Source of the DNA: Tubulanus polymorphus
Taxonomy: Eukaryota > Animalia > Nemertea
Assembly (NCBI RefSeq): GCF_964204645.1
Contig: NC_134033.1
Span: 13,338,655 to 13,402,654, forward strand
Direction: 5' to 3'
DNA: 64,000 bases
Position numbers and translations under genes: made by a program. Each line of letters opens with the position of its first letter. Within the stretch, counting starts at the first letter, position 1. The notes beneath the pieces were generated by a model, which had not been told where the DNA came from, made no database searches, and was given only the letters and a program-made list of their open reading frames with translations. Below, one piece after another: positions 13,263-26,548 of the stretch.

Positions 13263-14134
13263 GCGCATGTCGACTGAGGTACTAACATAAAATATATAAC
13301 TGACGTTGAAGGCGTGACGTAGCGATTGACGTCATGCATGTATAAATTTGAAAGGGTTATATATAGCTGCTCACACACAAAGCTGTTATTAGATTTTTCA
13401 CCACGTAGTATTTCGTTAATCCATTCGAAAATCACAAAAGTATATGATTGATAATTAGAACGGTTTACGCCCCAAGAACTCATCCCAGTTAAAATTATTC
13501 GTAGCCAATATAAAGAACCCAAGTGATGAAACAATGAACTCTACATTTCGGGAAGATAGTTTCGGTTAGAATTTAGATTCGGTAAATCAAATGCTGTAAT
13601 ATGATTTTAGAACAAATTCCTTTAGATGGGGAGAATTGTCTTCCCAAAACGTCAAGAAAAACAGAATTCATACGTAGCCTACGGTTAATATTGTTTCATC
13701 ACTTTTGATTAAAAATATAACTCATCCTGAAATTTAGCCTTTTTCCTAAAAGTCTAAAATCTAAGGAATTCCGATTTGCCTTAAAGTTTTTTTCTACTGG
13801 TTCACGATCATTAAGTACTAGTAACCATTGAAAAGGACTCGTCCTAACCTTTTCCATCTTAAGAGAAAATTGAGGGAATTATCGGTACGATAGTTTTCCA
13901 ATGTTAGCAATCATGTATAACTACATTTTTTTAAGAAGCGAATATAAAATACCGACGAAAATGAACTATAAGTTCTCTTTGATCGGCGCGCGTACACTCA
14001 CACAATGAGCCGAGTGAAGCCGTACGCGGCCGCTCGCGTGTGGAGGAAAGCAGCCTGAACTCGCGGCGGCGAATGAGTCAGTATAAACGAGTTCTCCGCA
14101 TCATCAGACGGTTTACCGGTGCTGCTGCTTTACG

Positions 14135-17100
14135 ATGTTCGACAAACGTACGATCATCGCGCTGTCTGCTTCTATGAGTATACTCGGCATAGGAATAGGC
14201 GTCGGCGTTTATTTCGGCTTGACAATGGGCAAAAAACCAAAAGGTCAGTTCAAACAATACGCAGTTAGATAGATATGTTAAAAGCGGAACGTTTGTAAAC
14301 ATATACACGTGTGTATATACTAACTTAATTAATTCATAGAGCGCTTGGTTTAATAGGGCGTCTGCAAAATCATCCCCGTTCCTTGCTGTTTGAAGATCAA
14401 AATTGTTTTTTTTTTGTCTTAGCATGTTTCGCGAAACAAATGATTCTTGTAGTCGACGAAAAGCATTGAAACTGTTCACGATTTTCTTGTTCATCGTGAT
14501 CTCAACGCCTGAAATAGTTACCGGGCTTGATTATTCTGATTAGACCGGACGCCAGTAATTCTCTCCGAGAATAATAATTCTTAACCATGAGATATATAGG
14601 CCTATACATGATATTACTCGGTAATTGACTAATTGTAATTAAGGCTGCTCCGTTACAGAGCGATAAACAGGTGTGTTTAACAACTAGGGATCGTTATATA
14701 TCACGAACCCGCTCTCTGTATCCTGACAGCATTGATGGATCATTGATGGATCATTCTCACCATTGGAATCGAAAAACAGTAAATCATATTTTGATATTCG
14801 AGCTGAAGGGAATCCATTTCAAAGTTTATCGCGAATGAATTCATAAACGTCAAGGATTGGATTGAGTCACGTGAAATGTTCAGGTCCTATTCAAAAACAA
14901 GCGCTTTGTAGTAATAGGCCAGATCTAGGCTATATTTCATTATCCAAATCTAACGAAAGAGCTACAGAATCTAAATTTTCTTTTAAATTGATATTCTAAT
15001 AAAGCGCGGTCTTCCGGCGAAAACCTGGCCGTTGTGTTGCGGGCCGAAATCGAATTGTGTGTTACGCAATTACCGTTTACAAAAAGCCTGATGAAAAGTT
15101 CTAGGGTTTTATCGATCATCCCGTCATAATATTACTTCGCTCTAAAAGGAGTTTGAATTCTTTTCACGCGCGGGGGTCTCTAGGATTAGAGAAACAAATC
15201 GACTATTGTTAGAAGGCATTATGGGTCTGACTCCCCGCAGCTAAGAATTGTAGGCCTTTCTCATTACTTTGAATTGATTGTATTATTCGTGAAAGACCGA
15301 AATAGCGAGAAAAGAGAGGAAAAAACAGCTACCCCGGAGCCGTACGTGTTGTTCGTCGGTGAGTATTGACAGATGTCACGATTTACACGCTGACGGCCAC
15401 ATTCATCGACGGGTAGCCTAATCACTGCGAACAATCAGCGCTCCTCCTCACCGTCCTCACGCAAGCCCTCAATAGCAGGCGCTCAGTCCTCACCGTCCTC
15501 ACGCAGTCGAGCCCTCAATCCGGCGCTCCTCCTCACCGTCCACGTTACACGCAGTCGAATCCTCAATTCGATTGAATTTGAAAATCCGGATAGTTGTCAA
15601 GCCAATAATGCGGCACGGCGGGTGCGTCTTTGTAATTTTTGATTTTTTCCGATCTTGTTTCTATAAATATAGATTGTTTGAAGACTCGATCGTGAGAATC
15701 TACGTAAGGACGATGAGGACACATAAACACTCATCTCGCGGCTTCAATAATTAATCATTAATAAAATTAATAATATAAATGATATTTCTTTATTTCATAT
15801 TTCTAAATATGTTATCTTTGGGCGTAATCTTTTAATGCGTCCATGCTTTATATAAAACAAACAACATATTTCATATCTCATGTCATAGTACATTGACCCG
15901 TCTGATTGTATATATCCAGGTCTATCGTTTATAAAGGCATCGCTAATATATCTCTTTTATTCGGAGATTAACGATTGTATAGTTCTTATTCCCCGAGTCT
16001 GTTGTTATAGGAAATGTTCATGGATATAAACGAAGGTGACTCGTTAAAGGCAATCATTTAGAAAATCATGAAGTAGGCCTCAATATATAGTTTTTTTTTT
16101 GTTGAAGTCATGAAATATTTTCATAGATGCAGCCACAAGGCGCAGCATAAGTTGATGATGAACGGATGGTTGTTCATGGCTCACCACATCAAACGATCTG
16201 CCTCAAGCTGCGTCGCAGGCGGAAAAATACCGTAGAATTTACAATAAAAACATACTTGTCGTAAGCAGAGATCTTCCGTAAACTTCACTTTCCGCTGCTT
16301 CAACTGGATTAATTTAACTTCTTTTTAAATCGGAAGCGAGGTTTATCCGAGTGCGTCGTGTACTGTTTCCACTAATACAGCTGTGCTACGGTAATTAGTC
16401 AACGCGTGTTTCTTACACCGGGCCGGGCTTGATAACCGCCCCGTATATTTTGGTAACCCTAGCTCAATTTTTGGGTTGTTTTGCTCGACATCTCGCCAGA
16501 TTGACAGTTGCTAGTCACTCACGTCTGATCTTTGGTTGGTATATAATGCCAATCTACGTGCACTGGTATAATACCAACCAAATCAACCGATCAGACGTGA
16601 GTGAATATGGTCTAAAATGATGAAACATTTCACAGATTTTTCAGTTTTATATATTTTAATAGGCATCCAGCATTTGATTTTATTTTGTTGTATTCGTCGA
16701 GAAGGTTGTCATTGGTGAATTTTGTTTTTGAAATCATATATGCGCGAGTGTTAAACTAGAATCGAACGTTTCATTAAAGTCAATGTATAAACTCATATAA
16801 ACTCAAGTTTATACGTTACGTCCATAGTAAACATTGTTCGGAGTGGACGCTAACACTGACATCAAACCTCATTGGTTCGAGTCCCGACGATTCGATTCGT
16901 ATGATTATTTCATTTTAGTATAGAGACGACTTATTTTGGAAGGGATACATTTATTTAGAAGATAATGAGACTGGGACAGATGGATTTTACTAGTTTAACT
17001 GTAAGAAAATCGAATACGAACTGCGTTTAGTTCTCTTTGTATAAAATGGTGCATTGATTAGGAGGAACGCACCGGATACATTAGAAACGGTGGCTACCCC

Positions 17101-20100
17101 GTCGCGACGAAGCAGACAACTCGTTCCCTGTAGCGATTTGTATCGTTGTACGCCGCGGCTAAAACAGTTTAATTAGGCCAATTTTATCATCTCTTCGTCT
17201 TCAACCGAATGAGTAATACAGTAGTAACCTTATCTAATACACATAAAACCGCCGGGTCCATCACCGATTCAAACGTTTCGCCTTTCGATTTCGTTTATTT
17301 CAATTTTAGCGACAAAGAATTATTGCCTCTAACGATGTCGAATCGAAACGTGAAGTGCGCGTGGAAAGCACTCATCGACCCTCAATTCGAAAGACAGACG
17401 TCCTCCTCTTGAACTTGTCAACAGACTAATGATGACTGTTACAACGTATTCTTAGTACGCGGCTGGCAGAAGCTGTCTGATACCGAGGGACGATAAACCG
17501 ACCATAAATTCATAAAACCCTTGTAAATGCGGCGAGCGTTCACCTTTTAACCTCGACATCCCCCCCGGTCCGACCAGTGTGGGTGAAATAATAATGTGCA
17601 AACTGTACCGAGTTGAACCGTTTTTAGGCGTACTCTAAAAATCTGTGATTTCGGATTGACAACGATAAAAAACCTCATTAACTGCGGGTGCAATAAAACG
17701 GTTTCATCAAAAGGAGGAGCGCGCGCGTTGTAATTTCTGATACTCGATACACGAATTGAAATCGGATTTCTAAGATGTATGAGATTCGAAATTCGATCGA
17801 TAAAATTAATCGCCTAAATAAGACTTAGGCTTAAAAGAAATCGCTGTCTTGTTTCTCAAATCTGCTGAGCTAAAAAGTTGACCGACCGACCGCCTATCTA
17901 CCCTGTACATTACTTTTTTCAAAATCATGATCAGCTCACAATAACAGACGCGGCGGCTATAGAAATGAACTGATAACAAATTGTATCGCAGTTTAGAAAA
18001 TAACTCGGCCGATTAAGAGAAACAAGGTATCAATTTTTAGCCTAAGATTTGTAACGCGGATTTCGCGTACACAGGGCCAACAAGAGCAATCCCGGACGGA
18101 ACGGCGAGCAGTTTGTTGTTTGACGATACGAAAACGGCTCGGCCTCTCGATTTGATCATCAAAACACATCAATTCTCGTATTTAACTGTTTTTATCTTTA
18201 TCATGGTGGAATATAATTGCTGTGTAGAGCGTCTATAATACAGGCTGACTCAGTAAGGCTGTGTGATAAATGTTCCTACATCAAAAGCACCCGACCCAGA
18301 ACGTCTAACACTGAACATCCCTGCGCGGCAATAAATATCAATCCGTGCTCTCACAGAAGTTATTCATCTTTACCCGCTTACCGCAGTTAGATTTTCTCTT
18401 CTTGTTACCAGTTTTCGCTAGAAAACGATTTCTGTGAGAGCCGACTAAATTCAACGTATCTTTTAGCTATGTTGATAATCAGAGCGCGCGTGGTCGATTC
18501 TCGATCTCATTCACAACCTTCAAACGGCGCATTTTTTTTCGCCAGCACACACGCTCTTTACGTATAGGATTCCGATAAAATTCAACGCTAAAAAATCCAC
18601 CCAATTCTATCATATAGGCATCGTGTATAGTGCGAGCTGGCCAGAGCTAGAGAAATATAATGCATCAGGAACATAATTTCGAGAAAAGTTTAGTTCGGAC
18701 CGGCGGGTTTAAAAAGATTTTGAAATGTCTTTACGGAAAGAGGTCCCGTGATGGAGACACATTCTTTCCCATTGAGATGTATTGTATATATTCGATGATT
18801 CAGCGCATGGCGTATCATTATGGCTGCTTAATCAACCACCTCTCGAATGAGGGGCGGATCCGGGGTGCCTCTCGCCTCACGCGAGGCACCTACAAATCTG
18901 AAATGCCCTTCTTGAAGAAAGGCAGAAAGAAATTCAAAACTTTTTTCAAACTTTTGAAATATCCTATGAGCCAAAATTTCCAAAATCCTAAATCGAGTTT
19001 GGGGGTGTGCCCTATAGTCCCATTTTATCTTTGGTGAGGTAATCACAATAAGACTCATAGATTATCATTACATGTGCATTTTATTTTTCGAAAGGTGGCG
19101 AAAGAAGATTTACGTCGATGGAAAGTCCACTAATCTACTTCTCTAAAGATGACGCCCTCGACATCACGTGGTATCATCGCGCAAATCGGAAGATTCAATA
19201 CCAGGAAGCGCTGACTGGTAGTTACATGATGGTCAGCGCTGACGTCATCCTGGGCACGCACGCGCCCTCTGGCAAGACAAACATTCCCGTTATAGCTTAT
19301 GGAGGCGCTAACTCCAGCGATTTGTCGCTGGACGAATGGCTGGATGGAATATTAGTGAAAAAGAAAGGTAAAGAAAGGTTGATAATTGAATGATTGTTTG
19401 TTAGGGGTAGATCCAGGAGTTGGACCACTATTTGAGGGTAGCACAACTTTAAAAGGGCATAATCCTTGACAATCGAGGGGATTAAGTTTTAAAAATGCAC
19501 TGCTTTTTGAATTGCTAAACATTTAACCCATAAAACTTCTTATAAAAAAAAAATCATTGTCTTATGATAAGAGACCGACGAACACATAATAGCGCGGGGT
19601 CATCAGTGAGTTGTGCCGTAATTCGTGATGATATACCGTTGTCTAGGTGTAAAATTGAACATGGGCCACATCGACGCTATCGAACCGTCTTTGAAACTTT
19701 TGAGAAACAAGGAAGATTTGATCGACCAACCCGTGTGGATAAATGGTATCATACTGAAAGGACCAGGGTCTGCAACTACTCCTCTCGATAATATGGGGTG
19801 AGTATATAGAGCCTTTAGTAAATACCATTGAAGCGACGATCCTGTAAACTGATATGTTCTAAGCAGAGTTTTGGAAAGTCTTGGAAAGTTTTGGAAAATG
19901 GGAATTTTTACCATTCACTTGATAACAATCTTTAATATGAAAATACTTTGTCGATGGTATTGATAATTACCACTTATTTACTTTTAATGGGCCTATTCAT
20001 TGCCTGTTCTGGGTTGGCGATGTGTAACTTAGAGGTATGGATTATGTATGGAAAATGAAATTGGGAAGCCCATTAGAACCCTGTCTAAGACATCATTTTC

Positions 20101-23100
20101 TTATTACTGAGTATCGTTTGTCAAAATCTTTCTCAAGTCTTCTATTGCCTGGCTTTACAAAAACGAATGTTGCACAACACGATGAGCATTTTTACATCGA
20201 TATTGAATTCGGATAAATATTCTCATTTTCAGGTTTATCAAATTAGTGCATTCGACTTTCCCGTCGTGTACGTTCAGTGTTGGATGGTCAACTACGTGTT
20301 GTAATCACGGTGGTATCAATCGCACTCACGTAGAAGAGATGGCTATGGCTATCAAATACGTCCGACAACCGGTCTCGATCACAGTACCGGCAGCATTACT
20401 CAAACCGTCGTGGTCTGAACTCAAATGGTTCCTCGGTAAATCTGATCGGTAAGCACTTCGGCCTGCGTAAGGTAGATCAAAACCGCACGATGCCGGGTGA
20501 AAGCTACGCGCAAAGCTTGGCCCAGTTGCACAGTCGTGACTTAAGTCCAAAAGTGGTCTTAAATCTTAAAACTGGTCTCAAGTTGTTAGATAGGCTGCAG
20601 AACTAAGTTGTTCTTAGACTGGTCTTTAGTATAAGCCATGACTGTGCAACTGGCGCACCTTGAGTCATAGAATTCTCCACTGTGTATAAGGCCTGGGCCC
20701 AAACGAATGACTTAACAAAAAAATAGTAAACTCGTGGACGTATAAAACATAGTAAACCGTTCTGTGAAGTGGACGCCGGTCCGTTTGTTGAATGTTGTTT
20801 TGATAGTTATATAATTTCTGGTTTTCAAGGTTTACTCTGACAGTGACAACTCCAGCTGGTGACGATGATGACTGGCAGGACACGTCTCTCTACGATCTTC
20901 TGTACGTGCGAAACGACTACGACAAACGAACGATATTCTACGACCTGCCGGGACCGAAATTCTCGCAGTTTAAAAAACTCGTCAAAACCGCCGGCAGTAT
21001 TCTGCATTACTTCCCGCTGAGCACCAGAGACGGACTGGAAATCACGTGGGCTCATGCCGCCAATAGCAAAGCCGATATGAAGAAGGCTTTGTCAGGTAAT
21101 TGAAGACGTCCATCATGGACTCTATTTCGCACAGAGCAAAAACCGAAGATCGGTATTTATGCATCTTCTATATCAATAGGAACAAAGTCATCACGAATTA
21201 TTTTGTTTACGTGTTATGTACAGGCAATGATATGATGATTGAAGCTGATATACTAACCGATGCGAGAGGTACCGCGATTATGGCTCATCCTCCGCAGACT
21301 AGTAGCGATAATACGTTCGAAACATGGCTTACAGAAATCACGAAAACGACTAAAGGTACGTATCGGTTTTACTTTATTTTTTTCATACATTTTTCGCAGA
21401 AATGTTTGGCATTTATTGTAGCGTAGTTAATCAGTTTTGTATCACCTTTAATCTCATATTTGAAAAAGGAAGAAACCTATTATTGTAATTGAAAGAAATT
21501 GTGCTGAAATATTTTATGAGGTCGGTTTTTTCGTTATACGACTGCTGATTTCATCTATCGCTTTCTGTAAAGCGTCTAACGCTTCCTCATCGCCGTCGTC
21601 TTGGGCGAGTTCATACGCGCGATTGAACGATGCTAACGCCGACTCGAAATCACCGGTTTTAACTTGGCTTTGAGCGATCAGAACCGACGCGTTCGACGCC
21701 CAGACGTTGTCCTTCACTTCTGCGGCAGCGTCCAGCGAACGATTGCCGTAATCCAGGGCTTCTTTCGTTTTACCAATTTCTAGGTAACTCCTGCCGATCT
21801 CGTGATAGAGCCAAGAGCGTTCGGTGGGTGTGCGGGCTAGCGACAGCGTTTGGCTCCAGTAATGTACGGCTCGTTCGAAGTCTCCCAACCGCGCATATAC
21901 CCTGCCCAAATTATCTAAAGCGCGAGATTTGTCTTCGGATAACTGCTTCTCTTGAGATATTTTATAATCGACTTTATAGTGACGTAATGCCCTTTGGTGG
22001 TGGCCCATTTCCAAATAGGCATTTCCGAGAAAACAGTGGCAGTTCGCGACTATCTGGTCCAGATTAGGAAACGTTCTTTCATCCCAGTTGGTGACCGTGG
22101 TTAGACAGAGTTTCGCCCGTTTAAGAGCCTCGAGGTAATTTCCTTTGTTCTGCGCTGTTGTTATCTTCTCGAATTGTTTGTTTACGTATTGATTCAGCGA
22201 GGTTTTCGTCGAGTATTTCTTGCGTTGTGCCAAGCGTTCGTTTCGTCGAGCGTACATCGGTTTCTGTTGTCGCCACAAGTCGGCTCGTTGCGTCAAGTAG
22301 TTCAGACCGTCGCATACTAGTTCTTGTATTTCTCCGCGAGTTCCCTGCTGCGATTCGGTCTCGTCCAGTAGTTTCTCCAAATACACCTTGTCCGAATAGA
22401 GCTCTCCTAAAATAGAAAAAAAAGAATACCCTTCATAAACAGCAAGAAAGTCTGATTTACCAGGGGCGGATATCGGGTATGATTCTGGGAGGGATGCACC
22501 CAAAAAGGGCATATTATTAAAAGAGCTTCCCGAAAGAAAGCTCATCGAAAGAGCTTCCTGAAAAAATGTTGAGGGAGGTGCGTAAACCCCTGCGCCCTCC
22601 TTGGTTCCGCCCCTGTTTACGAATGTTTCGGTTTTGATGACGCACCGAGGAGTTGTTTGATCGTGCGCTCTTTTTTCACGCGTGACGGCGTCTTTTTCAG
22701 CGGTCTTCCGGTGCTTTGCCTCATCGGATGCCCGGCACTCCGACCGAACCTGGTCATACCCGGCCGATCCACAGTACGAGTGCTTTTCGTTCGCGCGTCG
22801 TCTTTAAAAAACGACAGATCTCCATCTTTCGTCAGTTTCACTTTATTGGGACTACCGCATGAATTCTCAATAGCCTCTCGTGCTTTCTATTGGTAAAATA
22901 AAAGATTATCTTTAAGAAATATGAGGCATTTTGTCGTAGAAAGTATACACGCCACCTGTAACGAACCTGTATGCCTAGTCTGAACTCATCTTGTTCCGGA
23001 CGAAGTTTATAGCCGCGATGGTAGAACACCAATGCGTGTTCGAAGTCGCCCATGTGGTACAATACCTCTGCCTTCTGATACAACCCTTTATCGAATCCTT

Positions 23101-24911
23101 TGTCTTCTCTTAAAGAGGCCTCGGCGTCTTCTAACGCTTGTTTCGTATCTCCCAAATTCAACCAACATCTCGATCTCGCCACTAAACAGTACCTGCCAAT
23201 CGTGATAATATCGTGAAAGCTCATTAGACAAACACGTAAAAACATTGAAGCCGAATCCCGCTGAAAACCCTCAATTCATATTACGTGCTTCCAAAATACG
23301 TGTACATAACTTTACAGTAATTTAGGGTATAGTATTTTACTGCTTTCATCTAACCTGTCCCCCGCTTCAATATCTAATGCGGTTGTGTAACTATCCGCAG
23401 CCTTCCTGTGATCGCCTTGTTTCGCTAGGATATCCGCTTCTGCTCGATAGCTTTCAAATGTACCAACCGGACCATTTTCGTCTTCTTCGCCGTAATTCAT
23501 CTGATTCTGGTTTTGATTTCACCCTCGCGATGGTGGGGTGTAGTTTGTGTTATGGACGTTTCTTCGTGTTGATGGTATGCGTTGCTATAGCATCCAAGGA
23601 ACTCGGTTGCTAAAGATCGGTTGTTGGTTGCTGTCGTGGTGGAAAAAGTGTTTGACTCACAACCGAGAGGGAGTGGGTTCGAATCCCATGTGAAAAATAA
23701 TAGAATTATGTCGTGACCGAATAATTCGGTCAGGAAATATTATGTCATCATCATGCCAGTTCGGCCCGTTTTAGTAAACGTAAGGCATAACTTATTATTT
23801 ATAGGAATGAAATTGGATTTCAAGGCCACGTCTGCCGTAGAACCTTGTTTACAGTTACTACAGAAGAAAAAACAGGAGATTGAACAACCAGTTTGGATAA
23901 ACGCCGACATTCTACAGGGTCCTAAAGGTATAAAACCACTGTATGACTGTACATACGGTCTCACTGTATATACGTACTCAGTTATTTTGAAGGTGATTAA
24001 CGGACCCACAATATCGATGACGTAGAAATTAAAGATATCATCAAAGAAACGGAACTTTTTCTCCGATGATAGTTAAAGTCTCGGATAGTTAGAACAATAG
24101 ATTTATATATCATCAATTATGGGTTCGTTTATCAAAAGCACTGTGATTATTTTGAAAGCATTTCTATTGGATGCATGTATTTTATGTTTGTTTGAATATT
24201 TTCTTTTCAGGTAAAGCCCCAGCGATAAATGCAGCGGAATTTTTGAATCTAGTCAAAACAGTCTTCCCAGAATGTACCATGTCGCTAGGTTGGACTACTG
24301 GGGGCGACTACAGTCCTTCCGGTAAATATAAACATAATCCCTATCAATAACAAACAACTGAACCTTTGTCTCGAATGAATTCCTATCGGGGTTTAGAAAT
24401 CTTGATCGCGATCTCCTGAAATGCTCAATAATTGAATACATCAATTCTTTATATAACATTGTATACGCTCATTAGGGGCATCACGAAAGGTTTTGGGAAG
24501 CCTTTGATTCAAAGATTAAAGCTCGCCGTCTATGTATACGAGTGAAGCGAATTGCTGTCAATTGATGTCAATTACTATGTCATTTCAGTTAATAAAACAG
24601 AAGAAGCGTACAGCCAGGCTATGGTCGCCGAAATGGCCGAAACTTGCAAGACCCTTCAGCAGCCTGTCACGTTTCCTGTACGCGCTATCCTGGTCAGGCG
24701 GTCGTGGAAATCATTGACGTGGTTGCTGAATCAGTCCAGAGGATTTTCGTTGACGATCTGGCACTCGGCAGCTGACCGCATCGACGTCGACGATTTAGTT
24801 TACATACGTAAAAACTCGCAAATAGATCGCGTTTATTACGATTTACCGGACGATCTGATGAAACAGCTGAAAACTAAATTGAACTACGAAAACTATAACG
24901 TACGCACTTGA
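14135..24911 (+). CDS. FAM151/Menorin-family protein with an N-terminal membrane anchor and two tandem GDPD-like domains (FAM151A-like architecture)
   Basis: Phase-consistent exons: 14135-14243 ([29 protein letters not shown]; least certain), 19095-19367, 19647-19797, 20233-20448, 20830-21095, 21224-21355, 23805-23927, 24211-24321, 24589-24911. Family motifs [66 protein letters not shown]. Confidence 0.9.
15437..15567. repeat. Three imperfect tandem copies of a ~43-bp GC-rich unit in FAM151 intron 1
   Basis: GCGCTC(CT/AGT)CCTCACCGTCC..ACGCA..CCTCAAT occurs three times. Confidence 0.75.
17828..18042. mobile_element. Dispersed MITE family with TA flanks; further copies at about 25065-25245, 25845-26042, 30480-30547 (partial) and 42645-42815
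   Basis: TA-GGCTTAAAA..CTTGTTTCTC ... GAGAAACAAG..TTTTAGCC-TA termini; core CCGCCTATCTACCC / TATAGAAATGAACTGAT / CCGGCCGATTAGGAGAAAC shared among the copies. Confidence 0.75.
20519..20655. mobile_element. Short MITE (Harbinger-like termini) in FAM151 intron 4
   Basis: CCAGTTGCACAGTCGTGACTTA ... TAAGCCATGACTGTGCAACTGG inverted termini. Confidence 0.7.
21514..23500 (-). CDS. ODAD4: Outer dynein arm docking complex subunit 4 (TTC25/ODAD4), TPR protein, nested antisense in FAM151 intron 6
   Basis: Exons 23355-23500, 22967-23192, 22646-22886, 21514-22406, all GT-AG and phase-consistent. TTC25 signatures: [118 protein letters not shown]. Confidence 0.93.
22461..22615. mobile_element. MITE in ODAD4 intron 3
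   Basis: TIRs CAGGGGCGGA / TCCGCCCCTG with an exact TTTAC direct repeat on both sides; related GGGGCGGATCC-type ends near 18850 and 25755. Confidence 0.8.
23581..23594. promoter_or_regulatory. X-box (RFX-binding site)-like element about 80 bp upstream of the ODAD4 start codon
   Basis: GTTGCTATAGCATC is one mismatch from the palindrome GTTGCTATAGCAAC; a second GTTGCTA half-site lies at 23606. Proximal X-boxes are typical of ciliary genes. Confidence 0.65.
23627..23692 (+). pseudogene. tRNA-derived fragment (pseudo-tRNA or SINE head)
   Basis: T-arm TGGG-TTCGAAT-CCCA with B box GGTTCGAATCC (23676-23686) and an anticodon-like CTCACAA loop; the acceptor and D stems do not pair. Confidence 0.45.
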
Positions 24912-26548
24912 TGGAGATATTTGTAAACATAAGACACAGTCTGTTGAGCATCAGTGTAGCGACATCTACGCGCAAGGAAGTCTTCCGTTACAGTGCCCGA
25001 TCGAGTACAATACCTACATGTTGACATTCTATGCAAGTGCAATATTTATGGCTAGTTAATTGATACATTGTTTCTCATTTTCTGCTGAGCTAACCCGCCT
25101 AACCTGCACATTACCTTTTTAAAAAGTAATGCTTACCATTATAGACCCGGCAGATATAGAAATGAACTGATAACAAAGTTCATTGCCGTTTACAAAAGTG
25201 ACCCGGCCGATTAGGAGAAACAAGGTATCATTTTATTTTAGCCTGTTGAGAGTTGTTGGACAAATTGTTTCGTGAGTCTCTCTTGTATGATTTACGTAAT
25301 CAAGAAAATGAAACATTTTAACACCGTATTTACAGTATTATGGGACCAGCTTTCATGCTCGCAACTCAATTTAGAAAACAGGACAATCTGCATTTCTGTA
25401 ATCATGCGGACTCATTTGATCGAAACCGAGTGATAATCCGTTATCATATTTATGTAAATAAACTATTTATATAATACTGCGTTGTAAATAGTAATGGTTT
25501 GTAATGAAAACTTGTGTAATGGTTTAAAACCATAGAATATAATGTAAGATATTCGATATGTGAATAAATAATAGACTAACTCACAATTTTAGTTATTGTT
25601 ATCGATTGGTTTCGTACAGGGCCGTATTTAACAGGGGACAACAAGGGGAAATTTTGGAGAAGTGCTCTATTTCCAACCCTAGGATTAAGCGCAAATTTAA
25701 TTTTAATTCACGGAAAGAATTCTAACTCTGAGGTGTTCATCTGGTTGGTGAGTCGGGGCGGATCCAGGGTCTGGATGTCCACTACAGAAATCTAGGGCTT
25801 TTTCCCGAGCTTCGTCACGACCTGTGAAAGATACCTTTCTCACGTTTCTGCATAGCTTACAAGTAGACTCGACCAGCCGCCTATCTACCCCGGCCCATGC
25901 ACTTCTTTTTCTAAAATCATGATCAAGCTAACAATAGCAAACCCAGCAGTTACAGAAATGAACTGATATCAAATTTCATTGCAGTTTACAAAATGGCCCG
26001 GCCGATTAGGAGAAACAGCGTTTCATTCTATTTCAGCCTAAACAATAATTTTTTAGTTCTTCTAGAATGGAACCGGTAAAACAAAATATTGCCAGATATT
26101 CCAGCTTAATTTTGATTTTCTTAAATGTTCAGTCCGCAAAGATAAAGATAGAATTTCTAAGTCACCTCTGAAGACAAAACGATGTTGCCCTTGTGTTATA
26201 AGTCATTTTTTGCCTAGTTTGACGTCAAACGATAATGAATGTGTTGTTATGTGACGCATCCGTTATTCTCCAGTGGAAATTGATTTAGGAAGTTGTATCG
26301 GGTGCTGTAGGCACGTGCGGAGGAACGCGAAACTTCACATCGTATCGTCTTGTCGTAGGATAAATATCGAACGTCGGATTTCTACAGTTTATCGGGTATA
26401 TCACCAGTTTTCAGTGTAGTGACGACGAAATATATCTCGATAACCGTTTTTTGGACTGGGTATTCGCGCAAGAACAAAGCTTGTCCGGAAGAATTGGAAT
26501 TTGTCAATGTTGATTTAGACGAATTTCATTTAATTCAGCTGCAGAACG

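Noticed and set aside
14078-14494. 138-aa minus-strand ORF
   Set aside because: Antisense shadow of FAM151 exon 1; no homology recognised.
16850-16890. GGTTCGAGTCCC B-box as a tRNA gene
   Set aside because: No cloverleaf can be formed.
22407-22545. N-terminal 46 aa of the 343-aa TPR ORF
   Set aside because: Read-through into ODAD4 intron 3 and its MITE; the real acceptor (TTTTAG) precedes 22406.
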